Under the pieces are notes generated by a model. It saw only the letters and a list, made by a program, of their open reading frames with translations, did not search any database and was not told where the DNA came from. From NCBI GenBank assembly GCA_007693605.1, contig REDG01000057.1, positions 1-51,511 on the forward strand: 51,511 bases of DNA, given 5' to 3'. A program made the position numbers and the translations under genes. This DNA comes from Bradymonadales bacterium. GTDB lineage: Bacteria > Bdellovibrionota > UBA2394. Of this stretch, positions 48,477-51,511 are shown piece after piece (positions within the stretch are counted from its first letter, which is position 1; each line of letters starts with the position of its first letter).

Positions 48477-49214
48477 GTGGCGAAGCTCCATCACTCTCAG
48501 GCCGGTTTACTGCTGATTCGAAATCAGAGCCAAATTATGCTGCCTTTAGATCGAGAAATTTTAACGCTAGGACGAAATCAGGCCGATATTCTCTTAGATG
48601 ACCCCAGGGCCTCTGGGCTGCACGCCGAAATCGCCTGGGTGAGCGGGAAGCATCGAATTAGAGATCTTGAATCCACAAATGGCCTCTTTATCAACCAGAA
48701 GAAGCTCAAAGAGGCCTGGCTAACAGACCAAGATGTGATTGAGATTGGATCGACCACCTTTTGCTATTTCCAGGATCGAAGGGATTTTCACGGCGATTCA
48801 GAGGAGTTGACGCAGGGCAGGAAGCTTAGCGAGGCGGAGAAGCAGGAATTTCAGGATGTCAGCCGGGTTACCGAATGGTCCACGACCTCTAAGAAGCTCC
48901 CCTCCTATCGGATCGAACTGGAGCTGATTGATGGAGAAAAGCCCACACAGAGCTTTTCGTTTCAGAAAATGCAGATCAGCATTGGGCGCTCAGGTTGCGA
49001 TATCTCACTTCCCGATGTTGATCTCTCTCGAAAACACTGTGTCATCGAAGTTTTGAGCCGGTCGTCGATTTTTCTCAAGGACATGAACTCGACGAATGGC
49101 ACATTTCTGAATGGCGAAAGAGTAAATGTCAGTCGACTTCAGGCGGGAGACTTGATTGGCTTAGGGGGAAGTGTGTTGAAGTTTAGTATTCACGCGCCAA
49201 ACGAGACGGAATAA
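48477..49214 (+). CDS. Tandem FHA-domain protein
   Basis: Two GR...S..H...D..STNG motifs. Confidence 0.88.
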   Translation: MAKLHHSQAGLLLIRNQSQIMLPLDREILTLGRNQADILLDDPRASGLHAEIAWVSGKHRIRDLESTNGLFINQKKLKEAWLTDQDVIEIGSTTFCYFQDRRDFHGDSEELTQGRKLSEAEKQEFQDVSRVTEWSTTSKKLPSYRIELELIDGEKPTQSFSFQKMQISIGRSGCDISLPDVDLSRKHCVIEVLSRSSIFLKDMNSTNGTFLNGERVNVSRLQAGDLIGLGGSVLKFSIHAPNETE

Positions 49215-49224
49215 GAAGGATATT

Positions 49225-50085
49225 ATGGCAGTAAAGCTTTCCATCAGCATCACTGAAGGCCCAGAAAAGGGAATGCATTACGAGTTTGAATCTGGGCCAA
49301 TCTTCGTGGGCCGCAGAAAAGGGGACATTTCTTTGTCGGACAAGAAGGTTTCGGGCAAACATTGCCAGTTTCTGATTGAGGGCAACCGAGTTTGGATTGA
49401 AGACCTGAACTCGACAAACGGCACCTTTCTGGGTGGTTCACGACTTACCGAAAAAGTTCCGTTGAGCAATCTAGATGTGGTGACCATTGGCCTCACTCGA
49501 TTGAGTATTGCCATTGTCGAAGACCTTGAGACTTTTAAAGAGATGAACCAAATGGAAACTGTGGCAGATCGGCCCAGCCACACTCAGCCCGCTGAGCCCG
49601 ATACGGGGGACGGCTCTTCTGAAGAGGACTCTAAGACTCCTTCGATCAGTCTGCCCGACCCAGATGCGGTGTATCGAGATACGGGAGTCGAGCGAATTGA
49701 AAACCTCATCGACGATGAGTTGGAGTCTTTTTCGAAATGGGACCACCCAAAAATGCAGGATTCTGAAAATCCGCAAAACATTCCGAAGGTTGATGTGCGA
49801 CTTATCAAAAGAAAGGGTGAGGCCTCTTTTCAGGAGCTAAAGTGTCAAAAGCCTTTGATGACCTTTGGTCGCAAAGATGTCGACATTAGAATCAATGACT
49901 TAGACTTGTCTAGAAAACACGCTCGGCTTGAGATCGTGAATGGTCAGAAGGTCTTTGTTCGGGACATGGCTAGCACCAACGGAACTTTTGTGAACGGTCA
50001 GAGGATCCGCTACCAAGAGCTGCATCACGGAGATTTGATTCAAATTGGGCAAAATATTTTTGAGGTCTTCATTCGAGAGGCTTAA
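49225..50085 (+). CDS. Tandem FHA-domain protein
   Basis: GRR..VSGKH..DLNSTNGT and GRK..LSRKH..DMASTNGT with acidic linker. Confidence 0.88.
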   Translation: MAVKLSISITEGPEKGMHYEFESGPIFVGRRKGDISLSDKKVSGKHCQFLIEGNRVWIEDLNSTNGTFLGGSRLTEKVPLSNLDVVTIGLTRLSIAIVEDLETFKEMNQMETVADRPSHTQPAEPDTGDGSSEEDSKTPSISLPDPDAVYRDTGVERIENLIDDELESFSKWDHPKMQDSENPQNIPKVDVRLIKRKGEASFQELKCQKPLMTFGRKDVDIRINDLDLSRKHARLEIVNGQKVFVRDMASTNGTFVNGQRIRYQELHHGDLIQIGQNIFEVFIREA

Positions 50086-51155
50086 TGACGACACATCTCA
50101 CCATAAAATTCATTCAGCCAGAACAAGATCGGGTTCAGTTTAGTCTTCAGCCCGGACAAAAGCTGACATTTGGTCGAGACGCTAACTGTGATATCCCTCT
50201 GAAAGAAAAGAAGATCTCGCGGAAACACTGTGAGATTGAGAAGGATGCGAATAAACCTGGGTTCTGGATTAGAGATCTCGGCTCTCTCAACGGCAGCTTT
50301 TTGAACGGAATGAGCCTCACTCAAGCAAAGAAGCTGTCGGCGGGTGATCGAATCAAGATTGGAAGCTTCGAGATGGAAGTCGACTTTCAGGCGGAGACTT
50401 ATTACGGCGGAGCGACCGGAGAGCGAGAGGCTTTTGCATTGTCTGACGAGCAATACGACACGGTCGACACCTTTAGCCCGCTGTCGGAAGTCTCGGTGAG
50501 TGCAAATGAAGATGTTAATTTTTCTGATTACAATCGAGCCGCTGAAAAGATTGAATCTTTGTCTGAGGAGTCAGTGCTTTCTGAGAAAACCGGTGGACGA
50601 CTCATTGCCGGCAAGCTCACAGAACTCTCTCTTGCCGATGTTCTACAAATGCTTGCCACCACTCAAAAGTCCGGCCAGTTGGTGGTCTCTGAGACCAAGA
50701 TCAGTGCCTGCCCGAAAGGTCCGAGCCAAAACACGGCACTGATTCATTTGGACCGAGGCCAAGTGAAGTGGGCCGAGTTTAAGGACCTACAAAAGGAAGA
50801 AGCCTTTTTTGAAGCCCTCAAACTTGAGAAGGGCTTTTTCGCGTTGTTTCCTGCCAGAGATAAGCCCTTTGAGGATGTGATTGAGATCCCCCTTGAGAGT
50901 TTATTGATTCAGGGCTTGGCCTATCTAGACGAAAGTCGAGCGCATCAGGTGGAGCTGCAAGAGGAGGACGAGTTGAACCCTCTTCCGGATGAACCCTTAA
51001 GTCAGCTTTCTGAAGACGAGCTTCGAGTTTTTCAATTGGTTTGGAAGGTAAAGACTGTCGGAAAAGTGATTGAGAAAAGCCATCTGTCAAAGGGCGACAG
51101 TATTGACACTCTGAAGCGACTCATTCGAAACGGTTTTATCACAAAGACGAAGTAG
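50085..51155 (+). CDS. FHA plus DUF4388 domain protein
   Basis: FGR..ISRKH..DLGSLNGS; GKLTELSLADVLQML....KSG.L; C-terminal winged-helix-like segment. Confidence 0.85.
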   Translation: MTTHLTIKFIQPEQDRVQFSLQPGQKLTFGRDANCDIPLKEKKISRKHCEIEKDANKPGFWIRDLGSLNGSFLNGMSLTQAKKLSAGDRIKIGSFEMEVDFQAETYYGGATGEREAFALSDEQYDTVDTFSPLSEVSVSANEDVNFSDYNRAAEKIESLSEESVLSEKTGGRLIAGKLTELSLADVLQMLATTQKSGQLVVSETKISACPKGPSQNTALIHLDRGQVKWAEFKDLQKEEAFFEALKLEKGFFALFPARDKPFEDVIEIPLESLLIQGLAYLDESRAHQVELQEEDELNPLPDEPLSQLSEDELRVFQLVWKVKTVGKVIEKSHLSKGDSIDTLKRLIRNGFITKTK

Positions 51156-51240
51156 GCTGAGATGGGTTAGTTAGCTAACGCGTTGACCCCGGTTGGACCA
51201 CTAGCTCCGCCTCTCCAGGCAAAACCTTCTCAGACTCATC

Positions 51241-51359
51241 GGCATGATCTTTTAAAGACATCCGCTGGGGACCCGCCTAGAATTCCAAAACTCATGCTGA
51301 GAATCTTGAATCAGGTTACCCATATGAAACGAAAGCCAAAGCAGATGGGCCCTTAGCGA
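51241..51359. repeat. Repeat unit C (arm plus core of units A/B)
   Basis: Core CATCCGCTGGGGACCCGCCTAGAA followed by the reverse complement of the unit A arm (6 mismatches in 77 nt). Confidence 0.85.
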
Positions 51360-51365
51360 TTCAAG

Positions 51366-51488
51366 GGGAGTGGCGATAAGGGTCCAGATGCGCGAAGGCA
51401 AGGAGCGAGCAGCGGAATGTAGTTTTGATGCTACTTGAGCAGCGCAGCGACGAAGGCGACACTGCAACGCGGGAAAGGAGCGTTGCAG
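51366..51488 (+). repeat. Adjacent repeat-family element with internal hairpins
   Basis: GGGAGTGGCGATAAGGGTCCA matches rc of 10769-10789 exactly; hairpin CTGCAACGC/GCGTTGCAG at 51462-51488. Confidence 0.75.
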
Positions 51489-51511
51489 CCATCCTCAAAC
51501 CATGTCGACCG

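Overview
A gene-dense bacterial chromosomal window of about 50% GC. It is most consistent with a Bdellovibrionota/Myxococcota-related ('delta') lineage: GltC-like TPR protein plus beta-barrel, DUF4175-like, FHA-DUF4388, spirochete/delta-type EF-G, RNase J and the Bdellovibrio-type HNH family. Taxonomy is inferred from gene content only. It carries about 43 CDSs, mostly housekeeping and envelope genes: fusA, rpsD, fbaB, an Mla/MCE operon, mltD-like, rsmE, rnj, asd, dacB, rph-rdgB, hutG, pepP, a methylmalonyl-CoA mutase large subunit, tatBC, PBP1A and three FHA proteins. I found no rRNA, tRNA, CRISPR array or transposase. Three non-coding signals stand out. (1) A family of intergenic palindromic repeats with the end motif GGGAGTG[G/T]CG.NAA.GG[C/T]CCA[TC/GA]TGC occurs at 6 or more sites. 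Two of these are about 260-310 nt structured units, each bounded by its own direct repeat, that flank mltD-rsmE in inverted orientation. (2) A stand-alone HNH endonuclease is preceded by about 540 nt of AT-rich non-coding DNA containing two homologous hairpins with compensatory changes and a long leader stem. This is a candidate nuclease plus structured RNA/DNA selfish element. (3) Many genes have sigma70-like -10 boxes 5-8 nt before the start codon, suggesting widespread leaderless mRNAs.
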